A stretch of 62,827 nt of DNA from positions 10,302 to 73,128 of the forward strand of contig CAYYEF010000001.1 of assembly GCA_964470825.1 (NCBI GenBank), written 5' to 3'. A program made the translations under genes and the position numbers. Below the pieces are notes generated by a model. That model made no database searches, was not told the DNA's origin, and saw only the letters and a list, made by a program, of their open reading frames with translations. This DNA is from an uncultured Candidatus Saccharibacteria bacterium. GTDB lineage: Bacteria; Patescibacteriota; Minisyncoccia; Phycocordibacterales; JAACPR01. The first letter of the stretch is position 1; the number at the start of each line of letters is the position of its first letter. Shown piece after piece: positions 16,532-25,812 of the stretch.

Positions 16532-17545
16532 ATGTCATCTATTTTTAAAAAAGCTTGTGATATATTCCATGACGCTTTTCCAACTCCAGAGTACTTAACT
16601 CTTGATCCGGTCGGTATAGATATTGCTTCTGATGCTATTTATTTTATGAAGCTTAAGAAAAATAAAGACGGTTTGTTTCCAGAAAAATATGATCAAATTT
16701 CTTTCGGAAAAAATATTGATATTAATGAGAGTATAAGTGCCGATGACAGGGCTATTATAGTAGCTGGCTTGTCCCAATTAAAAAAGAAACACAAGCTTGA
16801 ATATGTAATTGCATCTCTTCCAGAACAAAAAACATATATATTTAGAACGGTTTTACCAAAACAGGCTATGTCAGACATAGTTTCTTTTATTCGTTATCAA
16901 ATTGAGGAAAATGTTCCTCTGGCTGCTGTAGATGTTAACTTCTATTATTTTATTACAGGAGAAGTTAATAAAAATGGTGACTGTGGTGTTGTTGTTAGTG
17001 TTTTTCCAAAGCAGGTTACAAATATTTATACAGATATTTTTTCAGAAGCCGATCTTTTTCCAATATCTTTTTTTGCTGAATCTAGAGCACTTTTTTATTC
17101 TCTTGTTAAAGAAGGAGACAAAACACCATATTTATTAGTAAGACTTTTACCTAATAGAGTAGCAGTTTCTGTTTTAGAAAACGGTATTATTCAGTACACA
17201 ACTGATATTTCAGTTGATACAAATTCTTTGATAAATAATTTAAATGGACCAGAATCATCTTTATTAAAAGAATCTTTGAATAAAATTTTAATATATTGGT
17301 TTACTAGCAAAAAAGATATAACAGAACATAAAAAAATTGAAAATGTTTTATTGGTCGGGCACAATTCAAGCAACCCTGAAATAATTGATTTCCTTGAGAG
17401 GGCACTAAAAATAAATGTAGATATTGGGAATGTTTGGATTAATTGCTTTGATTTAAAAAGTCACGTTCCGGAAATGGATCAAAAAACTGCTTTAGATTAT
17501 GCAGTATGTCTTGGTCTAGCAATTAGATGTATTAATTATGCTTAA
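16532..17545 (+). CDS. pilM: type IV pilus assembly protein PilM
   Basis: 337 aa with an actin-like ATPase pattern (GIDIASDAIYFMKL). Followed by two translationally overlapping single-TM genes, as in pilMNO. Confidence 0.7.
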   Translation: MSSIFKKACDIFHDAFPTPEYLTLDPVGIDIASDAIYFMKLKKNKDGLFPEKYDQISFGKNIDINESISADDRAIIVAGLSQLKKKHKLEYVIASLPEQKTYIFRTVLPKQAMSDIVSFIRYQIEENVPLAAVDVNFYYFITGEVNKNGDCGVVVSVFPKQVTNIYTDIFSEADLFPISFFAESRALFYSLVKEGDKTPYLLVRLLPNRVAVSVLENGIIQYTTDISVDTNSLINNLNGPESSLLKESLNKILIYWFTSKKDITEHKKIENVLLVGHNSSNPEIIDFLERALKINVDIGNVWINCFDLKSHVPEMDQKTALDYAVCLGLAIRCINYA

Positions 17546-18086
17546 TTTATTAAATAGAGAAAAAAGATATTTTATAAGAGGAGAGTATTTAGGAAGACTT
17601 CTAAATATATTTCTTGGGGTTGTTATATTTAGCTTGGTTTACTACGCTATATTGCTTTTTTCTAATAGTTTTTTAGTTAATTTTGAAAAGAAGGTTGTTG
17701 AATCTGAAAAAAATAATTCTTCTATTTCTTCCTTGCAAAAAGAATTAAAAGAGTATGAAAATGTTCTTAAGCATATTGAGTCAGAATATAATTTATTTGC
17801 TAAAAATATTATTTATCCAACAGATTTTATTTCCATAATAAATTCAAAAAATATTTCTGGTATTAAAATCACTTCACTTTCTTTTCAAAAAATAAGTGAA
17901 GAAGGAGGGGTTAGATTAGAAGTTAATGGTATTGCTGACAATAGAGATATACTTATTCAATATTCAAGTAATCTTAAAGATGTTGAATCTTTCAAGGATG
18001 TAACAGTTCCAATTTCTAGTTTAACTAAAAATACAAATATTCCTTTTTCTATAACAATTAATGCTAAAATTGAAGAGAAAAAATGA
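17538..18086 (+). CDS. PilN-like pilus assembly protein
   Basis: 182 aa with an N-terminal TM, then a coiled-coil/soluble region. Start overlaps the pilM stop by 8 nt. Called from context and topology. Confidence 0.5.
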   Translation: MLNLLNREKRYFIRGEYLGRLLNIFLGVVIFSLVYYAILLFSNSFLVNFEKKVVESEKNNSSISSLQKELKEYENVLKHIESEYNLFAKNIIYPTDFISIINSKNISGIKITSLSFQKISEEGGVRLEVNGIADNRDILIQYSSNLKDVESFKDVTVPISSLTKNTNIPFSITINAKIEEKK

Positions 18087-18607
18087 AAACTAACACAAAA
18101 AAAATTACAAAGATTCTAATATTAACTCTTGTTTTGATTGTTTCTTTTATTGTGTATTTTAAAATTATTATAAATAAAGATATTGAATATATATCTCAAA
18201 CCAAAATTGAAAATTTTAATACATATCAACAAATAAATTCCATTGTCGGATTAAAGGGTAAATTAGAAAATGCCAAATTTATTTCCAAGTCTTTTGACTC
18301 CTTGTATGTAGACAGGTCAAATATTTTAGAATTTATTGAAATTATAGAATCTGGCGCTAAAAAATATAATTCTATTTTGATTATCGATAATGTAAATATA
18401 GATGAAACACACTTAAAAGATGATTTGCCTTATGGAACTCTTAACATGATCTTGGTATTAAATGGTCAATATAAAGATATAATTTCTTTCATTCATTTTC
18501 TAGAAGATTTACCTTATTTTGTAAATATAAATAGCGTAAAAATAAATATTTCAGAAAGTTCAAAAGATTGGAGTGCAAATATATATTTCTCAACCTTAAC
18601 AAATTAA
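18083..18607 (+). CDS. PilO-like pilus assembly protein
   Basis: 174 aa with an N-terminal TM and a 4-nt ATGA overlap with the upstream gene. Called from context and topology. Confidence 0.45.
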   Translation: MKTNTKKITKILILTLVLIVSFIVYFKIIINKDIEYISQTKIENFNTYQQINSIVGLKGKLENAKFISKSFDSLYVDRSNILEFIEIIESGAKKYNSILIIDNVNIDETHLKDDLPYGTLNMILVLNGQYKDIISFIHFLEDLPYFVNINSVKINISESSKDWSANIYFSTLTN

Positions 18608-18618
18608 TGTAATAAATT

Positions 18619-18912
18619 ATGAATCCAGAAAATCAAAAACAAAATAATGGTTATATAATAACTTCAAAAAAATATAAGCTTTCTTTTTTTGGCACAAACC
18701 CTAGACATGATTGGACGGTAGTATTTCTGGTCGGTCTTTTATTGATAATTTCTTTTTCTCTAGCTTATTATTTTGAAAGTTTGCATATTAAAAAAAGAGT
18801 TTCAGGAGAAGATTTGGTTTCAGAACAAAAGAAATATTTTAATGTAGAAAAAGCTGAAAAATTATTGAAAGATTTTGAAGTTAGGCGTGGTTTAGTTGAC
18901 CAAACTCTTTAA
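18619..18912 (+). CDS. small single-TM protein, last gene of the pilMNO-like cluster
   Basis: 97 aa with a central TM WTVVFLVGLLLIISFSLAYYF. No family recognised. Confidence 0.45.
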   Translation: MNPENQKQNNGYIITSKKYKLSFFGTNPRHDWTVVFLVGLLLIISFSLAYYFESLHIKKRVSGEDLVSEQKKYFNVEKAEKLLKDFEVRRGLVDQTL

Positions 18913-18934
18913 AATTGGTAATTTTTTAATTACC

Positions 18935-19006
18935 GCTCCCGTAGTTCAATGGATAGAACAGAGCTCTTCTAAGGCTTTGATGTAGGTTCGATTCCTGCCG
19001 GGAGCA
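18935..19006 (+). tRNA. tRNA-Arg (anticodon UCU)
   Basis: GCTCCCG-TA-GTTC-AATGGATA-GAAC-A-GAGCT-CTTCTAA-GGCTT-TGAT-GTAGG-TTCGATT-CCTGC-CGGGAGC-A. Acceptor and D arm are identical to the Arg-GCG gene. Confidence 0.9.
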
Positions 19007-19093
19007 CCGAATAAAAATTTTAAACCCTTTGCCATTTTTTAAAAAATATAGTATCTTTCTATTTACGCATATTTGATGCGAAGGAAGAAATGA

Positions 19094-19166
19094 GGGCGAT
19101 TAGCTCAGTTGGTAGAGCAACTCATTTACACTGAGAAGGTCAGGGGTTCAAGTCCCTTATCGCCCA
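19094..19166 (+). tRNA. tRNA-Val (anticodon UAC)
   Basis: GGGCGAT-TA-GCTC-AGTTGGTA-GAGC-A-ACTCA-TTTACAC-TGAGA-AGGTC-AGGGG-TTCAAGT-CCCTT-ATCGCCC-A. Confidence 0.9.
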
Positions 19167-19184
19167 CAAAGTAATTTTTTAAAA

Positions 19185-19213
19185 AAGAGCTAGATTGACA
19201 CTAGCTCTTTTTA
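19185..19213 (+). terminator. rho-independent terminator after the tRNA pair
   Basis: Stem AAGAGCTAG/CTAGCTCTT, loop ATTGACA, then TTTT. Confidence 0.75.
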
Positions 19214-19261
19214 TTTGCTTATTATTGTAATTTATATTAGTTTGTATTTCAGGAGAAATTT

Positions 19262-19894
19262 ATGAAAACACCTTATTATATAAGAACGTTCTTTTTGAGT
19301 GGTGCAGATGATTTTTCAAGCTCTGTTCCAGAAGGGTTTGTGTTTAAAGGGGTGGTTGATGAAACATATCGAATCTCTAGTCCTGTATGGAAAACCACTG
19401 AAAAGAGAATGTTACATGAAAATGAACTTAAAAAATTTCCAAACGGATTTGTTTTAATTGTTCAGGCCAGAGAAATTGTTGAATATGTGGTTCAAACAAA
19501 AACCTTCTTTAAAACCTTATCTGCTGAAGATCAAAAAGAAGTTTTGGAATACTATAATTTTTTAGGTTTCAAGGAAAAACAAAAACCAAAAAAGCCTGTT
19601 TCTTCAGCAAAAAAAGTTATAGATCATGAAAATAATCCAGTGGATTTTTTAAGAGGGGAAATTTTAGCGGAAAAAACTTTTCAACTGAACTCCACGATCT
19701 CTTTCTTTTGTCCTTCTCATGATGACAAAGTAGAGGTTGGACCAGGAGAATTTGAATTTGTTTTAATACCTTCGCCGATGCCACAAGATGATTCGTTAAA
19801 GATTAGATGGTGGGTTCTCAAAAAACAACTACCTAAAATTTACGGAAAATCAGAAAATTCTTTCCAGATTGTTCTTGGAGAGTATCCGTCCTGA
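19262..19894 (+). CDS. hypothetical protein (orphan)
   Basis: 210-aa ORF with SD AGGAGA (19251-19256) 5 nt upstream and a terminator hairpin at 19884-19909. No family recognised. Confidence 0.6.
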   Translation: MKTPYYIRTFFLSGADDFSSSVPEGFVFKGVVDETYRISSPVWKTTEKRMLHENELKKFPNGFVLIVQAREIVEYVVQTKTFFKTLSAEDQKEVLEYYNFLGFKEKQKPKKPVSSAKKVIDHENNPVDFLRGEILAEKTFQLNSTISFFCPSHDDKVEVGPGEFEFVLIPSPMPQDDSLKIRWWVLKKQLPKIYGKSENSFQIVLGEYPS

Positions 19895-19953
19895 TTGGGG
19901 CGGATTTTTATTTACTTTGATATTTAGAAAAACCTGCTAGCATAAATAATTAT

Positions 19954-20685
19954 ATGATAATTAGCCAAACAAAAGATTATGCATTGATAAACAAACCTGC
20001 TGGTTTGGTTGTTCACCCTGACGGAAAAACAAATGAGCCAACTTTGTGTGATTTTTTGCTTGAAAAATTTCCTGGAATTGAAAATGTGGGTGAGCCATTA
20101 AAATTAAACAACGGCACTATAATTAACAGACCGGGAATTGTTCATCGATTGGATCGTGATACTTCTGGAGTGATGTTGGTAGTTTTGAACCAAGAAGCTT
20201 TTGCTTATTATAAAAAACAATTTCAAGATCGAGCTATCAGAAAAACTTATCATGCTTTTGTTTATGAAAATATAAAAGAAGACCGCGGAGTGATTAATGA
20301 ACCGATTGGCCGTAGTCGAAATGATTTTAGACAATGGCAAGCAGGGGACAAGGCACGTGGTGAAATGCGTGAAGCTATTACCGAATTTACTGTTTTAGGT
20401 CGAGCCACAGACAAATCTTTTACTTTTGTAGAAGCTAAACCAAAAACTGGACGAACTCATCAAATTCGTGTGCACTTCAAATATATTTTTCACCCATTAG
20501 TTGCAGACAGTCTTTATGCCCCAGGGCGTGAAAATAAGCTTGGTTTTAATAGATTAGCTCTACACTCCCGAGATTTAGAATTTGTAGATATTAATGGCAA
20601 AATTATAAAAGCAGAAGCTCCTTACCCAGAAGATTTTGAAAATGCCATGAAATCACCTCTATTAGAAGTTGTAAAAACCTCCTAA
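19954..20685 (+). CDS. RluA-family pseudouridine synthase (no S4 domain)
   Basis: KPAGLVVHP, the catalytic HRLDRDTSG motif, and TGRTHQIRVH. Confidence 0.85.
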   Translation: MIISQTKDYALINKPAGLVVHPDGKTNEPTLCDFLLEKFPGIENVGEPLKLNNGTIINRPGIVHRLDRDTSGVMLVVLNQEAFAYYKKQFQDRAIRKTYHAFVYENIKEDRGVINEPIGRSRNDFRQWQAGDKARGEMREAITEFTVLGRATDKSFTFVEAKPKTGRTHQIRVHFKYIFHPLVADSLYAPGRENKLGFNRLALHSRDLEFVDINGKIIKAEAPYPEDFENAMKSPLLEVVKTS

Positions 20686-20746
20686 AATCGTTCAAAAGCC
20701 GTGGCCCTTGCTTGTTATTATTTAATATGTTAGATTTTCTTTCACT

Positions 20747-21199
20747 ATGCAATTCACATCAGTAAACGTAGAAGCCAGAAAAAACCTAGACATGCGTCCG
20801 GGTGATACTGTTAAGGTTTATCAAAAAATTCAAGAAAAAGGCAAAACAAGACTTCAAATCTTTGAAGGTTTGGTTTTAGCTAGAAAACATGGTACCGAAG
20901 AAGGTGCAACTTTCACTGTTCGTCGAGTTGCTAATGGATATGGCGTGGAAAAAATCTTTCCTTTGTATTCTCCTATGATTGATAAAATTGAGGTTGTAAA
21001 ACGTTCAAAAATTGGACAATCAAAACTTTATCACATCAGAAAAACAGCCCTAAAACAAATTAGTAAGAGAATGAAGATGATGTTTGTAAACTTTGGAACA
21101 TCAGCAGAAGAAGCAAAACTAGAGGCTTTAAAACCTCAAGAACCTGAAGCTGTAGAAGATACCTCTGTTGAAGAAGTAAAAACAGAAGAAGTAAAATAA
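20747..21199 (+). CDS. rplS: 50S ribosomal protein L19 with an acidic C-terminal extension
   Basis: RPGDTVKVYQKIQEKGKTRLQIFEGLVLARKHG...FTVRRV...GVEKIFPLYSP. About 35 extra E/A-rich residues at the C-terminus. Confidence 0.9.
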   Translation: MQFTSVNVEARKNLDMRPGDTVKVYQKIQEKGKTRLQIFEGLVLARKHGTEEGATFTVRRVANGYGVEKIFPLYSPMIDKIEVVKRSKIGQSKLYHIRKTALKQISKRMKMMFVNFGTSAEEAKLEALKPQEPEAVEDTSVEEVKTEEVK

Positions 21200-21205
21200 T
21201 TTATA

Positions 21206-21236
21206 AAAATCCTCTATAACAAATAGGGGATTTTTA
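21206..21236 (+). terminator. rho-independent terminator after rplS
   Basis: Stem AAATCCTCTA/TAGGGGATTT (one G-T pair) followed by TTTT. Confidence 0.65.
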
Positions 21237-21289
21237 TTTTGTGTAAAATTCAAACCATAATTTTATTATGGTGGTAATATTATTTATAT

Positions 21290-23968
21290 ATGAAGTATTT
21301 TTATTTAATTACCATCTGTTTTTTTATAAGTTTTAATTTTTGTTTTGCACAAAACACTCAAATAAATATACCAATAAATAATTCCCAAACTATCCCAAGG
21401 GTTGTTATTGAAAACATTTCTTTAGATAAGGAAATTTATAATAGTGGAGAAACTGTCACTGGAAAAATAAAATTTTTAAATATAGGAGATTCCAATCAAT
21501 CAGATATATATTACGCAATCTCTTTAGCAGGTGATTTTTCAACTTCTACTAATGCGTGGAATATACCAAATATTATATATGACACAAAGACTTTTGGGCC
21601 GCTGATTATAAAATCTGGTGAGAGTTCAGAAATAAATTTTTCATATAATCTTCCTGATGGTATATCAGGAGAAGGGTTGGGCCTTAGAGTGCTTACTCAA
21701 CTACAAACAGGTCTACCTATTAGTTGGAATAATGCCTTTTTTAAAAAAATTGAAGGTCAAGATATTCCTCTTGAGGTAAAACAAAACTATATTTCAGTTG
21801 ATGGTCAAGATTTTTCTTCTCAATCTGGTCCAACAATATATCCAAATAATAATGCTGAAATAAAAATAAAGTTATACAATCCAACGGATAAAGAAATTAT
21901 CGTTAGCCCATATATTGAAATATTTGATAGATTTATTTCTGATAATATTCTTAAAACAATTCAAAAAGAATTTTTAAAAATACCAGCTAAATCAGAAAAA
22001 GATCTTATTATCCCTGTTGATAAAAATTTAGAACCAAAAGTTTATTTATCTAGAATTAGTCTTTATGATTTAAATAAAAAATTAAGGGCACCAAAATTAC
22101 AAACAAGATACATTATTGGCGGAAAACCTATTGCAACCATACAAACTGTTTATACAAACGATACAAGTCTAACAAAAAATAAACCTTTAAATTTATCTGT
22201 GTCTTATAGCGGATCTCCCAGAGATTTAAATACAGGACAAGATCTTAAGATTGGTGAAGCTGTTTTGAATGTGAAACTTTTTAATGAAGAAAATAATGAA
22301 TTAATAGGGGAAAATTCAATAACAAAATCTGATTTTGATGTTGATTTTGGAACGGTTGATATCCAAGTTGTTCCTAAGAAATATGCTCAAAAAATCAGAG
22401 TTGAAGCATTTATTATTAAAGATCAAAATATTTTAGGAAAGTACAATACTTCTATTAATTTACCAGAAAAAAAATCTGATTTTCTTTTCTCATATATTGA
22501 TTTTGTAATTATATCAATATTATTGCTTGGTTTTATTAGTCTATTCATTTTCAGAAAAAAAATAAATACAAAGTTATTTTTTTGCATCTCTTTAATATTA
22601 ATTATAGCCACAATTATTTTTGTCCTTATAAAAGACGATCTTGTTTTTGCGCAACCTTATGTACAAATAAATAACCCAATAGGGCAGGATGTATTAAGGG
22701 GAAGTGATATTAATATAACAGGGGTAATTGTTGATTTACGATGTCTTAACGCTATTGGTCAAGTATACGCAACCTCTACAATCATAGGTGTTCCAGGAAC
22801 AACAAACACTGTTAGTTATATACATCAAAATGTAAATCAGCATTTTCAATTTGCTACTGATTATAATTATTTCTCCTTTCTTCAAAACACTCAAAATCTA
22901 GAAGAAAAAAGATATACTGTTCAGGTTGAATTTTCTTCTGTCCAGACTGGGATATTTAATAATTCTGTATCTTGGATAAATAAATGTAATTCAACAGATG
23001 GCCTATGTAGATATACATACTGGACTTCATCCGATCCGGTTCCAGCACCTTACGGATATTTAAGTAAAGCCACTTCTACTTTTAATATTTTATTCCCATC
23101 AGAAGGCTATTTAGATGGTGTTAATGGTAGTTGCGCTGCATGGGGCTGGGTTTGTGATAAAAGTAATTATGCATCATCAACGCAAGTCCATTTTTATGTT
23201 GATAGTGATTCATTCCAAAATTATGCAGGATATACTACAGCTAATATAAACAGACCGGATCTTGTTTCCGCGGGTGTTTGCGGTGGGTATGCTAATCATG
23301 GATATTCTTTTGACATTCCTGCTCAGTATAAAGATGGTCAAACACACAATCTGTATGCATATGGAATAAATATTGGTAAAGATTCTAGTTCCGTTTTTTT
23401 GAATTCTATGCTTATAGGATCTCCTAAACAATTTAATTGTCCTGCTCCACAGTCAGGTGTTTGTGGTTCCGCTGCATCTGTATATGCCTCCTCATCAGTT
23501 TCTTTTAATGGTGCTTATTGTGGTCTTGGTCAAAACCCTGTCGTAACACCTAATTTTCCAGATAAGGGTCAGGCATCACAATGGACTTGTTCCGGTGTTA
23601 ACGGTGGATCTGCAACAACCTGTACAGCTTCTAGGTGTTCTGATTATCAATCGTTGGAAAATGGAGTCTGTATATCTTCTACTCAAGGAGTTTCTCAAAT
23701 AGATGCTAGATTATCACCAAATATTGTTAACTATGGTGAATATTGCACTGTTAATATTAGTACCCCAGGAATAAATATTGCTGATGTTAATGGGGTGTGT
23801 GGTTTATTTAAAAATAATATTAAACAGGTAGATCAAGATTTATTAACCCCAGGTTTTCAAGTTCAAGGGGGATCTGTTTATAGAGTTCTTTGCCAAGATG
23901 GTGGTCAATTATTGGCAACTTCTAAAGATTTGAATTGTTTGATAAACCCTAAAACAAAAGAGTTATAA
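21290..23968 (+). CDS. large exported/membrane protein: N-terminal Ig-like repeats, two central TM helices, Cys-rich C-terminal ectodomain
   Basis: 892 aa. Signal-like N-terminus MKYFYLITICFFISFNFCFA. TM helices FLFSYIDFVIISILLLGFISLFIF and LFFCISLILIIATIIFVLI near residues 400-445. Many cysteines in the C-terminal half. No family recognised. Confidence 0.7.
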   Translation: MKYFYLITICFFISFNFCFAQNTQINIPINNSQTIPRVVIENISLDKEIYNSGETVTGKIKFLNIGDSNQSDIYYAISLAGDFSTSTNAWNIPNIIYDTKTFGPLIIKSGESSEINFSYNLPDGISGEGLGLRVLTQLQTGLPISWNNAFFKKIEGQDIPLEVKQNYISVDGQDFSSQSGPTIYPNNNAEIKIKLYNPTDKEIIVSPYIEIFDRFISDNILKTIQKEFLKIPAKSEKDLIIPVDKNLEPKVYLSRISLYDLNKKLRAPKLQTRYIIGGKPIATIQTVYTNDTSLTKNKPLNLSVSYSGSPRDLNTGQDLKIGEAVLNVKLFNEENNELIGENSITKSDFDVDFGTVDIQVVPKKYAQKIRVEAFIIKDQNILGKYNTSINLPEKKSDFLFSYIDFVIISILLLGFISLFIFRKKINTKLFFCISLILIIATIIFVLIKDDLVFAQPYVQINNPIGQDVLRGSDINITGVIVDLRCLNAIGQVYATSTIIGVPGTTNTVSYIHQNVNQHFQFATDYNYFSFLQNTQNLEEKRYTVQVEFSSVQTGIFNNSVSWINKCNSTDGLCRYTYWTSSDPVPAPYGYLSKATSTFNILFPSEGYLDGVNGSCAAWGWVCDKSNYASSTQVHFYVDSDSFQNYAGYTTANINRPDLVSAGVCGGYANHGYSFDIPAQYKDGQTHNLYAYGINIGKDSSSVFLNSMLIGSPKQFNCPAPQSGVCGSAASVYASSSVSFNGAYCGLGQNPVVTPNFPDKGQASQWTCSGVNGGSATTCTASRCSDYQSLENGVCISSTQGVSQIDARLSPNIVNYGEYCTVNISTPGINIADVNGVCGLFKNNIKQVDQDLLTPGFQVQGGSVYRVLCQDGGQLLATSKDLNCLINPKTKEL

Positions 23969-23996
23969 AATATTATGGTATAATATTCTTAAAGGT

Positions 23997-24926
23997 ATGT
24001 TGTTTTTATGGATAATTATTTTTATTGTATCACTCTTTATTTTAATAAAAGGAGCTGATTATCTTTTATTTGGGGCGGAAAAAATTGGTTTAGCTTCTGG
24101 ACTATCAAAATTTGTTATAGGGGTTACTATTGTTGCAATCGGAACTTCTTTACCTGAATTATTAACCTCACTGGTCTCTGTTTTTAAAGGTTTTGATCAA
24201 TATGTTGTTGCCACTGCGGTTGGGTCTAATATTGCAAATATATTCTTAATTATTGGTATTTCTGCAATTATCGCCAAGAGATTGTTAGTTAAAAAAGAAA
24301 CAGTTAATTTGGATTTACCAATACTTTTCATAGCCACATCACTTTTCACAGTTATGGTTATTGATGGAAAGATAAGATTCTTTGAGTCGGTAATTTTATT
24401 AACCGCTTATATTATATATATTATATTTTCTATATTTTATAAAAGTGAAAGAAAAACAAATAAACCTCACAAAGAAAAAATATGCTTATTTGATATCCTA
24501 ATTCTAATACTAGGTATTTTAGGATTGGCTATAGGCTCAAAATATTTTATTGATTCTCTTGTTCAAATATCAATTATTCTAAAAATTGCCCCAACAATTA
24601 TTGCAATTACAGTTGTTGCAATCGGAACTTCTTTACCAGAATTGTTTGTGTCTGTGAAAGCGGCCATGAGAAGACAGTCTGAATTAGCCCTAGGGAATAT
24701 TATAGGCTCAAATATATTTAGAGTTCTTTTTATGGTTGGTTTACCTGGAATTTTTTCTACTCTTACAATAGATAGACAGACTTATGCTGTGGGTATTATA
24801 TTTTTAATAATATCAACTCTTACTATTATTATTTCTGGGTTTTCTCGTAGAATTACTCTACAAGAGGGTGCCTTATATTTAATTATGTATGCTGTTTTCA
24901 TTGCTAAGCTTTTTAATTTGTTCTAG
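23997..24926 (+). CDS. Ca2+/Na+ (CaCA family) antiporter
   Basis: Polytopic protein with the two alpha-repeat motifs GTSLPELLTS and GTSLPELFVS. Confidence 0.85.
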   Translation: MLFLWIIIFIVSLFILIKGADYLLFGAEKIGLASGLSKFVIGVTIVAIGTSLPELLTSLVSVFKGFDQYVVATAVGSNIANIFLIIGISAIIAKRLLVKKETVNLDLPILFIATSLFTVMVIDGKIRFFESVILLTAYIIYIIFSIFYKSERKTNKPHKEKICLFDILILILGILGLAIGSKYFIDSLVQISIILKIAPTIIAITVVAIGTSLPELFVSVKAAMRRQSELALGNIIGSNIFRVLFMVGLPGIFSTLTIDRQTYAVGIIFLIISTLTIIISGFSRRITLQEGALYLIMYAVFIAKLFNLF

Positions 24927-24935
24927 AATCTGATC

Positions 24936-25493
24936 ATGGCTTTATTTACAGGAAAAGGTGATAATGGAACTACAAAAACTTTTGCGTGTGATCAGCGTCG
25001 TTCAAAAAATTCTGCTGTTTCTGAAGCGCTTGGAACAGTTGACGAGTTAAATGCTTATTTGGGTTTTGTAAAAATAAAAGCAAAATCTTTTGAAAATAAT
25101 GAAATTATTGGTAAAAAATTTGAACAAATTTTAGATGAGGTTCAACAAAACCTTTTCATTATTCAAGCAGAATTGGCTGGTGCAGAAATGAAGATTGTAG
25201 AAGAAAAAGTTAAAGTTTTGGAAAATATTGTAAATACTGCTGAAAAAGATATGCCGCCAATTACCAGCTTCTTTGTTTCTGGTGGAACTGAATTAGCTGC
25301 AACGTTTGATTTTGCACGCACAATTGCGAGAAGGGCGGAGAGGAGAGTTGTCGGAGCTCATGAAACAAAAGATCCTGAAGTCTCACAATTCAGTCTGGCC
25401 TACCTTAACAGATTGTCCAGTTTGTTGTATGCTCTTGCAAGGCTTACAAATCACCGAGCTGGTGTTCTAGAAGAGAAGCCTGAGTATAAATAA
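24936..25493 (+). CDS. PduO-type ATP:cob(I)alamin adenosyltransferase family protein
   Basis: N-terminal TGKGDNGTT motif and a helical-bundle remainder (RAERR). Confidence 0.8.
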   Translation: MALFTGKGDNGTTKTFACDQRRSKNSAVSEALGTVDELNAYLGFVKIKAKSFENNEIIGKKFEQILDEVQQNLFIIQAELAGAEMKIVEEKVKVLENIVNTAEKDMPPITSFFVSGGTELAATFDFARTIARRAERRVVGAHETKDPEVSQFSLAYLNRLSSLLYALARLTNHRAGVLEEKPEYK

Positions 25494-25535
25494 ATTTTAT
25501 TTATAAAAAGACGATTAACCATCGTTAAAACATAT

Positions 25536-25608
25536 GGTCTTTATAGTGTAATGGTTAGCACAAGGGTTTGTGGAACCCTTAGTTCGGGTTCGAGTCCCGA
25601 TAGAGACC
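25536..25608 (+). tRNA. tRNA-His (anticodon GUG) with encoded G-1
   Basis: G(-1)-GTCTTTA...AGGGT-TTGTGGA-ACCCT...TCGGG-TTCGAGT-CCCGA-TAGAGAC-C. The extra 5' G opposite discriminator C is the bacterial tRNA-His hallmark. Confidence 0.9.
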
Positions 25609-25812
25609 CATTAAGAAACCAGACAAAGAAATATTGCATATCGAGAGTATTTTACAGCGCATGGATGTAGGTAAAATAACACTAGAGAAGGCTTTAATAG
25701 AAGCTAATGAAATACTAGAAATAAAAAACTCCTATACAAAATGTATCGGAGTTTTTTAAATAATTTATATGATATAATTACCCAACTTTATTAGATAGTA
25801 ATATAAAAATAT

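Noticed and set aside
25609-25812. Possible gene remnant after tRNA-His. An open frame (..EILHIESILQRMDVGKITLEKALIEANEILEIKNSYTKCIGVF) runs out of the tRNA 3' end and finishes in a terminator hairpin at about 25724-25757.
   Set aside because: The only internal ATG gives 32 codons. There is no recognisable family (in particular no integrase motifs) and no start signals. Noted only as weak support for past integration at tRNA genes.
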